Shown here one piece after another: positions 30,086-38,594 of a stretch of DNA of 64,000 nucleotides (its first letter is position 1; every line of letters begins with the position of its first letter). The stretch is taken from contig DXXK01000067.1 in assembly GCA_019416425.1 (NCBI GenBank), forward strand, positions 488-64,487, in the 5' to 3' direction. Made by a program: the position numbers and the translations under genes. The notes beneath the pieces were generated by a model. The model worked only from the letters and a program-made list of their open reading frames with translations, was not told the DNA's origin and did no database searches. This stretch comes from Bacteroidales bacterium. Its GTDB lineage: Bacteria > Bacteroidota > Bacteroidia > Bacteroidales > Muribaculaceae.

Positions 30086-30763
30086 ATGAGAAAAAGTGTT
30101 CTGAAATACCTTACAGTCATTCTTGGACTGTATATATTATCCTTAGGTGCCGTCCTGTTTGTGAAATCAACATTAGGCATTCCTCCAATATCCTGCATCA
30201 ATTATGTTTTATCATTGCATACACCAATGACGCTTGGCGTAGCGACATTCGTTGTCAATGTCCTGTTTATTCTCGTTGAGCTGCTGTTACTGCGAGGTAT
30301 TGGAACACGCCGTGATTATTTGGAAATATTGTTGCAGTTGCCCTTTTCAGCATTGCTTGGTCTGTTTATGGATCTTAACATGGCACTATTAGCTTCTGTA
30401 GAAGTAAAAAACTACATCTTCGCTATTATTCTTGTATGTGCAGGTTGCTTCACACAAGCACTCGGCATAGTTCTTGAACTGAAACCAAATGTAGCCATGT
30501 TGAGTCCGGAAGGTGTAGTGAAATACTCTTCACGCAGATGGAGACGAGATTTCGGTCATCTGAAAGTTGCATTTGACATAAGTCTGGTTACTACGGCAGC
30601 AATATTGTCTTTCATAATGGCCGGACACATCGAAGGGCTGAGAGAGGGGACTGTTGTGGCTGCAATCTGTACCGGATTGATAGTCTCTTTGATGGTAAGA
30701 TACATTTTCACGCCCAAACGAATACACAATATAACCTCCATACTTTGTGATTCTAAAGACTGA
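30086..30763 (+). CDS. YczE/YyaS (DUF6198-like) membrane protein
   Basis: KSTLGIPPISCINYVLS, KVAFDISLV, GLREGTVVAA; hydrophobic. Confidence 0.8.
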   Translation: MRKSVLKYLTVILGLYILSLGAVLFVKSTLGIPPISCINYVLSLHTPMTLGVATFVVNVLFILVELLLLRGIGTRRDYLEILLQLPFSALLGLFMDLNMALLASVEVKNYIFAIILVCAGCFTQALGIVLELKPNVAMLSPEGVVKYSSRRWRRDFGHLKVAFDISLVTTAAILSFIMAGHIEGLREGTVVAAICTGLIVSLMVRYIFTPKRIHNITSILCDSKD

Positions 30764-31104
30764 TATACTTAATAAGGACAGCGAGAACAGGTACAATTGC
30801 GAAATTTTCCGATTGACAATCCTTGAGTCTCGCTGATTTTTATAATGACAATTGCCTTAAAAGAGGTTCTGTCACATTATTGTCGCATGATATCCAAATT
30901 AGTTTGCTATTCATAACGGAATGCTCTCTCTCACCTTTCTCTCAATCTTCCAGCCATACCGACTTTTCGCGACATCGCCAACCTCATCGAATGTGTCGAT
31001 GTTCTATCTCCGACCTTTGGATTTCAGTCGTTGGAATCAAAAGGCAGGAGATAAGACAATTGGGAATGGCTTACTCTAATGAGCATTCAATTATATGTGC
31101 TGGA

Positions 31105-31293
31105 TTATAGAAAAATGTTAAAAATGAAACCGGAAATTTCTGCCGTCAGAAATATTACGGCGACAAGTTTCTTTTTGAAGATACTTGCAAGCATCGACAT
31201 TTCTGGAATAGCCATGCCCGCGCCACCGATAACGAGTGCTATCACAGCTCCGATACTCATTTCTTTACCCATCAATGCCACTCCAATTGGGAA
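31105..31293 (-). pseudogene. 3' fragment of a second ArsP-type permease
   Basis: PIGVALMGK...IGAVIALVIGGAGMAIPEMSMLASIFKKKL; no 5' part. Confidence 0.7.
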
Positions 31294-31540
31294 TTTACTC
31301 CTCCGCAGACAGTTATCACATAATCCCACGACTCTTTGAGGTATCCTTCCACATTTTGCGGAGTGTGTCCGCTAATGTCGAAGCCTTTCTCATGCATAGC
31401 TTTGACTGCAAGCGGGTTAACCTTCTCCGCAGGTTTCGTACCTGCGGAGAAGACTTCCAATACCGGGTATACGACTGGAGGAAGCCGTGAGCCATCTGAC
31501 TGCGGCAACTGTTGCCGGTGCATAGAATCAATACCTTCAT
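31294..31540 (-). pseudogene. arsC: Arsenate reductase (LMWP-type), frameshifted and truncated
   Basis: LILCTGNSCRSQMAHG P-loop; 1-bp shift near 31470 restores LEVFSAGTKPA...WDYVITVCGG, then the gene ends. Confidence 0.88.
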
Positions 31541-31552
31541 ATTCCATTCAAT

Positions 31553-32893
31553 TTAGAAGAAATAACCGTAAACCCATCCGGAAATGGTTGCCATGACAAT
31601 TACAAGAGCGACATATATTACAGTCTTTTTCGTACCCATCACACTTCTTATGACAAGCATATTCGGAAGCGAGAGCGAGGGTCCGGCAAGCAGCAGGGCA
31701 AGAGCCGGGCCTTTACCCATGCCGGAAGCAAGCAGTCCCTGAATAATCGGCACTTCGGTGAGAGTGGCGAAATACATGAATGCTCCTGTGAAACTTGCGA
31801 AGAAGTTTGACAGTAACGAATTGCCGCCGACTGCCCATTCAACCCAACTGTTTGGAATAATGCCGGGCAGCTCTATGCCGTCGTGCGTTGAACCGAGCAG
31901 AAATCCAGCTGTCAATACTCCGACCGCAAGCAACGGAAGTATCAGCTTGGCGAATCCCCATGATGACAGGGCCCATTCCCGGTTCTCGTCATCATTTTTA
32001 TCGCAGAGCAACACGATGGCAAGGACTGCGACAGAGACGACCATTGCCACCAGCGGAGCCAGTTTTGCATCGGGAATGGAAACATTGGCGACAAATGCTG
32101 AAACCGCGACGGCGACAGCTCCGAGGATAATCCATCGGGCTTTCAGATGGAGTATCTTCACAAGCATCACGCACAGACCTATTGCAAGGGCAGATGTTAT
32201 CCACCATTTAGTCCCATATATGGCAGACCATATCCCACGGTCGATTGCCGCAGGTGCGCCCCAGTTGGCAAATACAAGGATTGCCACGAGCGTAAAGAAA
32301 AACAATGCGGTCTGCCAAAGCGGGCGTTTCTCCGGCGGTGGGACGATATTCATCTGTTCCGCTTCCTTGTCGCGCTCCTCCTTGCGGAAGATAAAAGACA
32401 TCACAAGGCCGATAACTACAGCGAATGTTACCGCACCGATTACACGGGCAAGTCCCATTTCGAGTCCGAGGATACGGGCGGTGAGGATTATCGAGAGTAT
32501 GCTGATGGCGGGACCGGAATATAGAAACGCTATTGCCGGGCCAAGACCTGCACCACGCTTGTAGATACTTGTGAACAACGGGAGAATTGTGCATGAACAC
32601 ACGGCGAGGATGCCTCCCGATACAGAAGCCACAGCATATGACACCCATTTCTTTGCATTTGCACCGAAATATTTTAACACCGCACCCTGACTTACGAACA
32701 CTGCAATAACACCGGCAATGAAAAATGCCGGGAGAAGACACAGTACGATATGCTCACGGGCGTACCACTTGGCGAGATCAAGGGTGGAATGAATCGCCGT
32801 CATCAGTGTGTCGCTGTTGACAGGCAAGAAAAACGCTGTCAAAAATATGACGACCGTCCATATCAGGAACTTGATTTCCTTCTTCGTTTCCAT
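31553..32893 (-). CDS. arsP: ArsP-family (DUF318) permease
   Basis: HIVLCLLPAFFIAG, ILAVCSCTILPLF, FLYSGPAI, MYFATLTEVPI, LLLAGPSLSLP. Confidence 0.85.
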   Translation of the reverse strand: METKKEIKFLIWTVVIFLTAFFLPVNSDTLMTAIHSTLDLAKWYAREHIVLCLLPAFFIAGVIAVFVSQGAVLKYFGANAKKWVSYAVASVSGGILAVCSCTILPLFTSIYKRGAGLGPAIAFLYSGPAISILSIILTARILGLEMGLARVIGAVTFAVVIGLVMSFIFRKEERDKEAEQMNIVPPPEKRPLWQTALFFFTLVAILVFANWGAPAAIDRGIWSAIYGTKWWITSALAIGLCVMLVKILHLKARWIILGAVAVAVSAFVANVSIPDAKLAPLVAMVVSVAVLAIVLLCDKNDDENREWALSSWGFAKLILPLLAVGVLTAGFLLGSTHDGIELPGIIPNSWVEWAVGGNSLLSNFFASFTGAFMYFATLTEVPIIQGLLASGMGKGPALALLLAGPSLSLPNMLVIRSVMGTKKTVIYVALVIVMATISGWVYGYFF

Positions 32894-32916
32894 ATTGCTC
32901 TCCCGTTTTATTCTGT

Positions 32917-33342
32917 TCAGATTCCGAGAACTTTTTTCACTTCATCGGCAGATGGAACATGACCTTTTATTTTGACAGCACCGTCAACGACCACCGCCGG
33001 TGTCGCCATTATGTTATATTTCATCATTTCGGTTATGTCCTCGACTTTTGAGAGTCTTACATCAAGACTGTTCTCGCTGGTCACACGCTCGACGACCTTG
33101 TATGTTTCCTTGCACCTGGCACATCCGGGTCCGAGAACCAGAACCTCGCCGATCTTTGTCCCGGGAGATGTGAAGCAACACGAGCTTTCAACGGATTCGG
33201 TAGAATCGGAGGAACATCCGCACGACTGAACAGGTTTCACATCGTCTTCCACGATGATGTTGCTGTTGCAGCAACAGCTTTTCTTTTTGGGTGCGAAAAG
33301 GGTTGACCAAAAACCTTTCTTTGATTCTTTGTTATTTCCCAT
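32917..33342 (-). CDS. Small thioredoxin-like redox protein (MTH895/ArsE-like) with Cys-rich N-terminal extension
   Basis: VLGPGCARC...YNIMATPAVVVDG; N-terminal SCCC, SCGC and SCC. Confidence 0.85.
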   Translation of the reverse strand: MGNNKESKKGFWSTLFAPKKKSCCCNSNIIVEDDVKPVQSCGCSSDSTESVESSCCFTSPGTKIGEVLVLGPGCARCKETYKVVERVTSENSLDVRLSKVEDITEMMKYNIMATPAVVVDGAVKIKGHVPSADEVKKVLGI

Positions 33343-33393
33343 TTGTCATTTAGTTTGTATTTCGTCTTACAACGAACATTGTTGTTAAAATTT

Positions 33394-34101
33394 TCAGAAG
33401 AACATCATTATGCAGTAGTAAATACCTACTGATATGAAAATTGCGCCGACGATAATGTTGAGCCATTTCTGAATAGTGCGCAGTCTGCCGTAGAATTCAC
33501 TGACCTTTTCAACGCTGAAAGCGAGAATCCATGCGACGGCAAGCACGGGGAGCGCCGAGGCTATTGCGAACAGTATCGGCAGAAGCCAGCCTGCATTTGC
33601 AGTTACCGACATAGGTATGAGCATCCCGAAATAGAACACTCCGCTTGTAGGGCAGAAAGCCATCGCGAACAGGACACCGAGCAGCAATGCACCCCATCCA
33701 CCTTTCCTGGCGAGTTCCTCACCATTGCCGCCGAAACCGAACTGCGGCAGATTGAGCTTATGCCCGAACAGCATGAAAAGTCCGATAAGCAGCAACAGCG
33801 GTCCAATCAGCAACTCGCTCCATTTTCCTATTGCCTTTTGTATGCCGAACACGCTTGCACCCTCTTTCAGAATTGAGATAAGGATAATGCCGAGAACGGT
33901 ATATGCGATTATGCGACCAACGGTGTAAAGGACACCATTTCGTAAAATGCGTCTGCGGTTCTCTATATCCTTGCTGATGTAGCCTATTGCAGCTATATTG
34001 GTAGCAAGCGGACATGGCGAGATGGCGGTGAGTAATCCGAGGAGGAAGGCAGTCAGAGCCGGAGCCGTGCTGTTGTCAAGCAAAGTCTGTAACCAGTCCA
34101 T
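33394..34101 (-). CDS. ArsG-like (CcdA/DsbD-fold) membrane protein
   Basis: LTAISPCPLATNIAA and AMAFCPTSG motifs; ars context. Confidence 0.8.
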   Translation of the reverse strand: MDWLQTLLDNSTAPALTAFLLGLLTAISPCPLATNIAAIGYISKDIENRRRILRNGVLYTVGRIIAYTVLGIILISILKEGASVFGIQKAIGKWSELLIGPLLLLIGLFMLFGHKLNLPQFGFGGNGEELARKGGWGALLLGVLFAMAFCPTSGVFYFGMLIPMSVTANAGWLLPILFAIASALPVLAVAWILAFSVEKVSEFYGRLRTIQKWLNIIVGAIFISVGIYYCIMMFF

Positions 34102-34526
34102 TATTTCAGCGATTGGCGGATTTTGTCTGCAAGACCTTTCTTGAAGCCGTCAGGATTTTTACGGGCGTTTCCGAAGCCAAACTCAGTGAGGTTGTTACGG
34201 CTCTCCTTACCGTCTTTCCATTTATTGACAAAGAGCGAAGACCATGTAACTTCGTATTTGTCGGCGATTTTTTCTCCCTCCGGGGTAGAGATATCCACTG
34301 TCTTGAATACGACAGTGCCGTTTTTAAGCTCGTTTGCAAAGAGTGCGTTTACGACCTCTTTAGCGTTTTTCTCGATAGCCATGCAGGTGGCACAGCGTTG
34401 TTTACCGTGGAAATATATCACTTCCACTCTATCCTTCTCAGGAGATTTCGCAGCGGCGGTATTATCCCCGCTTCCGCACGACATCAGCCCTATCATAAGG
34501 GCAAAAAGCATCAGTAACTTTTTCAT
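34101..34526 (-). CDS. ArsF-like thioredoxin-fold lipoprotein
   Basis: Lipobox LMSC; VEVIYFHGKQRCATC; stop overlaps the next start. Confidence 0.8.
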   Translation of the reverse strand: MKKLLMLFALMIGLMSCGSGDNTAAAKSPEKDRVEVIYFHGKQRCATCMAIEKNAKEVVNALFANELKNGTVVFKTVDISTPEGEKIADKYEVTWSSLFVNKWKDGKESRNNLTEFGFGNARKNPDGFKKGLADKIRQSLK

Positions 34527-34592
34527 GTGATTATCATTTAATTTAGATTGTTATTTGCCGAATTACGAACATTAAAAATAAAAAAATAGTGC

Positions 34593-34922
34593 CTACGAGC
34601 AGCAGCTATTCTTTTTTGAGGGACAGCAGTCGTCAAGCATCTGTGAAAACAGTTGCCGGGCAAGTTTCCAGTTCTCTGCGTTGATGCAATACTTTACTTT
34701 TGGCGGCTCGATGGTGCCTTGTATAAGACCGGCCTCCTTCAACTCGCTCAGATGCTGCGATACTGTGGCTTTCGCAATCGGAAGTACCTCGTGTATATCT
34801 CCAAAGAAACATTCGTTTCTCTGAGCGAGAAAATTGAGAATCGCTATCCGCGTGGGATGCCCCATCGCTTTTGCGAACCTCGCAAGACGCTCCTGTTCGG
34901 GTGTGATCTCTAATTTTGACAT
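34593..34922 (-). CDS. arsR: ArsR-family repressor
   Basis: KAMGHPTRIAIL, ATVSQHLSELKEAGLI; Cys-rich tail. Confidence 0.92.
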   Translation of the reverse strand: MSKLEITPEQERLARFAKAMGHPTRIAILNFLAQRNECFFGDIHEVLPIAKATVSQHLSELKEAGLIQGTIEPPKVKYCINAENWKLARQLFSQMLDDCCPSKKNSCCS

Positions 34923-34938
34923 ATCATCTCTTGTTTGG

Positions 34939-34958
34939 TGTTCGCAAAATTACAAACA
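34939..34958 (-). promoter_or_regulatory. ArsR operator overlapping the -7 promoter element
   Basis: TGTTCG-CAAAATTA-CAAACA; related copies at 34552-34571 and 33359-33378. Confidence 0.7.
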
Positions 34959-35190
34959 ATATTTGATATATCCAAACATAACGATGATTTTATTGGGTCA
35001 GCGGATTTTTTGAGGCAAGTAAAGTCTCATGAGTTTAACCGTGATGTTAAATGACATTAAATAATCCGACACCACTAAGTTGTCAAAACACCGTATCATA
35101 TGGCGACAACAAAACACCCAATATTACTGCCATTTCTGGGTGCAATATTGGGTGCAGCTTTTGCAAATACTTGATAATCAAGCTAATTTG

Positions 35191-35277
35191 CGGAAAGACA
35201 GGGATTCGAACCCTGGGTACCCGTAAGGGCACAACGGTTTTCGAGACCGTCCCGTTCGACCGCTCCGGCATCTTTCC
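35191..35277 (-). tRNA. tRNA-Ser(CGA)
   Basis: GGAAAGA/TCTTTCC acceptor stem, anticodon loop CT-CGA-AA, long variable arm, GGTTCGAATCC T-arm. Confidence 0.95.
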
Positions 35278-35558
35278 TTGGTCGATCTGAAAGCCCGAGG
35301 ACTTTCAATGCAGGATAACTATTTATCCCCCTACACTGGGCTTCTGCCCGTTTGCGGGTACAAAATTATAGATTTTTTCTGAGTTTACCAAGTTTTTCGG
35401 GAAATTTCATTAATTTTGTTGTTATAATTACGGATTCAGTATAGCCGAACACTCGTTGTGACAGCACATTATCCGGCAATCAAAATAACATGAGAGGATC
35501 ACCGCTGCTCGCAAGTGTTTGCCCTAAGCTGACTACTATAACCCAAAATGACAATACT

Positions 35559-36446
35559 ATGGACAAGAACCGAATAATCCCCCCGTCGGAGCTCATCATC
35601 AACGATGACGGAAGCGCATTCCACATACACCTGCGTCCCGACCAGCTGCACGACAACATCATCTTCGTCGGCGATCCCGGCCGCGTGGACATGGTGGCAT
35701 CGTACTTCGACTCAGTCGACTACGACGTACATTCGCGTGAGTTCCACGCCATCGGCGGTAGCTACAAGGGCAAGCCCGTTATGTGCATCAGCCACGGCAT
35801 CGGTCCCGACAACATCGAGATCGTCGTCACAGAGCTCGACGCACTCGCAAATGTCGACCTCGAGACCCGAACCGTGAAACCCGAGCACCGAACTCTGAAC
35901 ATTGTCCGTATCGGCACCTCCGGCTCACTACAGGAAGACCTGCATCTGGGCGACTACGTCATCGCCGAGAAAGGCATTGGCTTCGACGGCATACTGAACT
36001 TCTACGCCGACCGAGACAAAGTCTGTGACTTAAAGTTCGAGGATGCGTTCGTGCGCCATACCGGGTGGGACAAGTCCTGGCCGGCGCCATACGTGGCCAA
36101 CGCCAATCCGGAACTGGTCCAGGCCATCGGCCGCGATGACATGCACCGTGGATACACCATCGCCGCCGTGGGATTCTATGCCCCGCAGGGACGTCAGGTA
36201 CGGCTCAAACTGAAAGACCCCGACCTGAACGCCAAGATTGAGTCGTTCCGCTACGATAACCGCCCTATCACCAACTTCGAGATGGAGTCGGCATGCCTGC
36301 AGGGCCTCAGCCTGATGCTGGGACACCGCGCCATGACCGTATGCTGCATCATTGCCGAACGCCGCGCCAACAAGACCAACACAGACTATAAGCCACGGAT
36401 CAACCAACTGGTTAATACCGTTCTGGACCGCTTCGCCGAACTCTAA
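35559..36446 (+). CDS. Nucleoside phosphorylase (PNP/UDP family)
   Basis: VGDPGRV, SHGIGPDNI, IVRIGTSG, GFYAPQGR, NFEMES. Confidence 0.9.
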   Translation: MDKNRIIPPSELIINDDGSAFHIHLRPDQLHDNIIFVGDPGRVDMVASYFDSVDYDVHSREFHAIGGSYKGKPVMCISHGIGPDNIEIVVTELDALANVDLETRTVKPEHRTLNIVRIGTSGSLQEDLHLGDYVIAEKGIGFDGILNFYADRDKVCDLKFEDAFVRHTGWDKSWPAPYVANANPELVQAIGRDDMHRGYTIAAVGFYAPQGRQVRLKLKDPDLNAKIESFRYDNRPITNFEMESACLQGLSLMLGHRAMTVCCIIAERRANKTNTDYKPRINQLVNTVLDRFAEL

Positions 36447-36465
36447 AAATACCTAAGGAACATTC

Positions 36466-36497
36466 AAGGCTCGATTCCTAAACAGAATCGGACCTTT
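36466..36497. terminator. Hairpin between convergent genes
   Basis: AAGG..CGATTC/GAATCG..CCTTT. Confidence 0.5.
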
Positions 36498-36498
36498 G

Positions 36499-37623
36499 TC
36501 ATGCCAGCTCGTAGCGGGCGCCGGGGAGTTTGTTGATGATGCCGTCGAACTCCATCTCGGTCAGGTCGGCCATCAGGTCCTTCATGTTTACCTTGACGCG
36601 CTGATGAAGCTCGTCGACGGTCATGGGGCGTGCCTCATGCTTGAGATGCGCATAGATCTCGCCCGGAACGCCCTGCAGCTCGGGAAACAGGTTGCGCTGC
36701 TTAGGCACTGCCTTCAATACGCCCGGAGGCCAGCCGGTAAACTGTGCCACATCGGCTGCACATGTCACCAGATGGGCCTTCTCCCGACTGATCAACAGAT
36801 TGCATCCGCTGCTGATCTGGTCGGATACACGTCCGGGGAGAGCCAAGACCTCGCGGTTGTTGACAAACGCCTGATTGGCCGTGCTCATGGCACCACCCTT
36901 GATCTCGGACTCAGCGACAAAAGTGGCACCGGTCAGACCGGCTATAATACGGTTGCGTTCCAGGAAGTTCCGCTGATAGGGTTCTGTACCCGTGGGATAC
37001 TGCGAGACGATGGCTCCTCCCTGGGCCACAATCTCTCTGGCCAGATTGCGGTGAGCGGCAGGATATATCCGGTCCATACCGTGGGCCACCACAGCGACAG
37101 TAGGCAATTCGTACTTCAGCGCCGCCTGATGCGCCGCGGCATCTATTCCATAAGCCAGCCCGCTTACTATCAACAGGTCGGGATAATATACCGCAAGGTC
37201 CTTGACAAGCGAGTCAACAAAACCGGTTCCGTATGCGGTGGCTCGGCGAGTTCCCACTATGGCCAGCGCAAAACGAGGGTCCAGATCAGCCTCGCCCAAT
37301 ACATACAGCATCACCGGCGCATCATGCAGCTCGCGCAACAGTACGGGATAATCCTCGTCACCGAGAAAGAGCGCGCGGACATGATGACGCTCCATGAAAT
37401 CCACCTCACGGCGCCCGCGCTCCAACGCAGTCTGACGGGCCACAGGATCGAAATGCAGCTTGCCGTCACTTCCGATGCGAGTCAATAAATCGCCCATCCC
37501 TGGCTTGAAGAAGTCGGCGTAATCATACTCCACCTCCATCATGGCACGCACCAGCTCGGCGGTGACGCCCGGAGTCATGGAGAGTCCAACCTTGAATTCC
37601 AGCTGTTCCCGCCCGGCCATCAT
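36499..37623 (-). CDS. dprA: DNA processing protein DprA
   Basis: AIVGTRRAT, IVSGLAYGIDAAAH, FLERNRIIAGL, GCNLLI; C-terminal winged helix. Confidence 0.95.
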   Translation of the reverse strand: MMAGREQLEFKVGLSMTPGVTAELVRAMMEVEYDYADFFKPGMGDLLTRIGSDGKLHFDPVARQTALERGRREVDFMERHHVRALFLGDEDYPVLLRELHDAPVMLYVLGEADLDPRFALAIVGTRRATAYGTGFVDSLVKDLAVYYPDLLIVSGLAYGIDAAAHQAALKYELPTVAVVAHGMDRIYPAAHRNLAREIVAQGGAIVSQYPTGTEPYQRNFLERNRIIAGLTGATFVAESEIKGGAMSTANQAFVNNREVLALPGRVSDQISSGCNLLISREKAHLVTCAADVAQFTGWPPGVLKAVPKQRNLFPELQGVPGEIYAHLKHEARPMTVDELHQRVKVNMKDLMADLTEMEFDGIINKLPGARYELA

Positions 37624-38042
37624 TTGATATATTTGGCGAATACCGCAGCAAGCTCATCTCCACGTGACAGCTTGCCGTCCTTCAGCACCACGACGGTCAC
37701 AAGACCCTCGGCGCAGACCTCGCCGTCCGAGCGGATTATGTCCTGATGGAATATGAAGCGGGGACCCTTGCGCTCCAACCTCAGGCAACTGATGAAGGAA
37801 TCGCCGCCACGCAGAGAGGTCTTGTACTCCACCTCGATCTTGCGCACAACGGCATCTATTCCCTTGTTATGCATCTGGATGAACGACATACCGGCATCGG
37901 AACAGAACTTGTGACGCGTATGCTCCATGTAGTGGAGATAGTTCGCATTATTGACTATCTGCTCGCAGTCCAGCTCATAGTCCCGGACCTCCATATCCAT
38001 TATGAAGCAATATTTCTTATTCGAATCCTTAAGTATCCTCAT
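37620..38042 (-). CDS. Acyl-CoA thioesterase (4HBT/YbgC family)
   Basis: VRDYELD...VNNANYLHYMEHTR. Confidence 0.9.
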   Translation of the reverse strand: MRILKDSNKKYCFIMDMEVRDYELDCEQIVNNANYLHYMEHTRHKFCSDAGMSFIQMHNKGIDAVVRKIEVEYKTSLRGGDSFISCLRLERKGPRFIFHQDIIRSDGEVCAEGLVTVVVLKDGKLSRGDELAAVFAKYIK

Positions 38043-38060
38043 AGGTCGTTATCAAGAGCT

Positions 38061-38594
38061 TTATTCAACATTTCGTGACGTTGCGTCACCGGAATCACGT
38101 GCAAAATTAGCAATTTCCTCGAAATTATCAATATCCATCGGCACCCAAATGAATCCCGGCATACTGTCACGCAATTCCACATAACCCACTTTGTCGCGTA
38201 TGGACCACCCGGTGACGCAATCCGCACCGAAGCGTTCCTGCCGCAACTCGTGGTACTCCCCCGCCTCAACGTCCGGACCTGGTTCCGGTTTCTCGTACAA
38301 TGTAACCACTATGCATCCATCCATAATTCCGACTGAATGAGGCAGCACATTGACGAAACACTCGCGGCACAGAGCATGGTTGTAGTAGCATATGGCCATA
38401 GCCATGGGAAGCATGATCAACAGGACCATGAGCCCCACTATGGCCCAGCGGACATCACTCAAGGCAAACGCAGCCACGATGCCTGTGACAAACAGAGCCA
38501 CTCCACCCCATATCCACCACGGAGCGAAACGCCGCATTATCTCGCGGCCGAAACTGCCCGCAGACATACGGAATATGGCTGAGGTCTCAGTCAT
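38061..38594 (-). CDS. Hypothetical membrane protein
   Basis: Two hydrophobic segments; in operon with overlapping neighbour. Confidence 0.65.
   Translation of the reverse strand: MTETSAIFRMSAGSFGREIMRRFAPWWIWGGVALFVTGIVAAFALSDVRWAIVGLMVLLIMLPMAMAICYYNHALCRECFVNVLPHSVGIMDGCIVVTLYEKPEPGPDVEAGEYHELRQERFGADCVTGWSIRDKVGYVELRDSMPGFIWVPMDIDNFEEIANFARDSGDATSRNVE

Noticed and set aside
30779..31100. Possible MITE (CAGCGAGA/TCTCGCTG) and gene remnant
   Set aside because: An 8-bp inverted repeat only, with no target duplication or recognisable translation; too weak to call
35191..35277. tRNA acting as an amber suppressor for the susC stop
   Set aside because: The anticodon is CGA (Ser), not CUA
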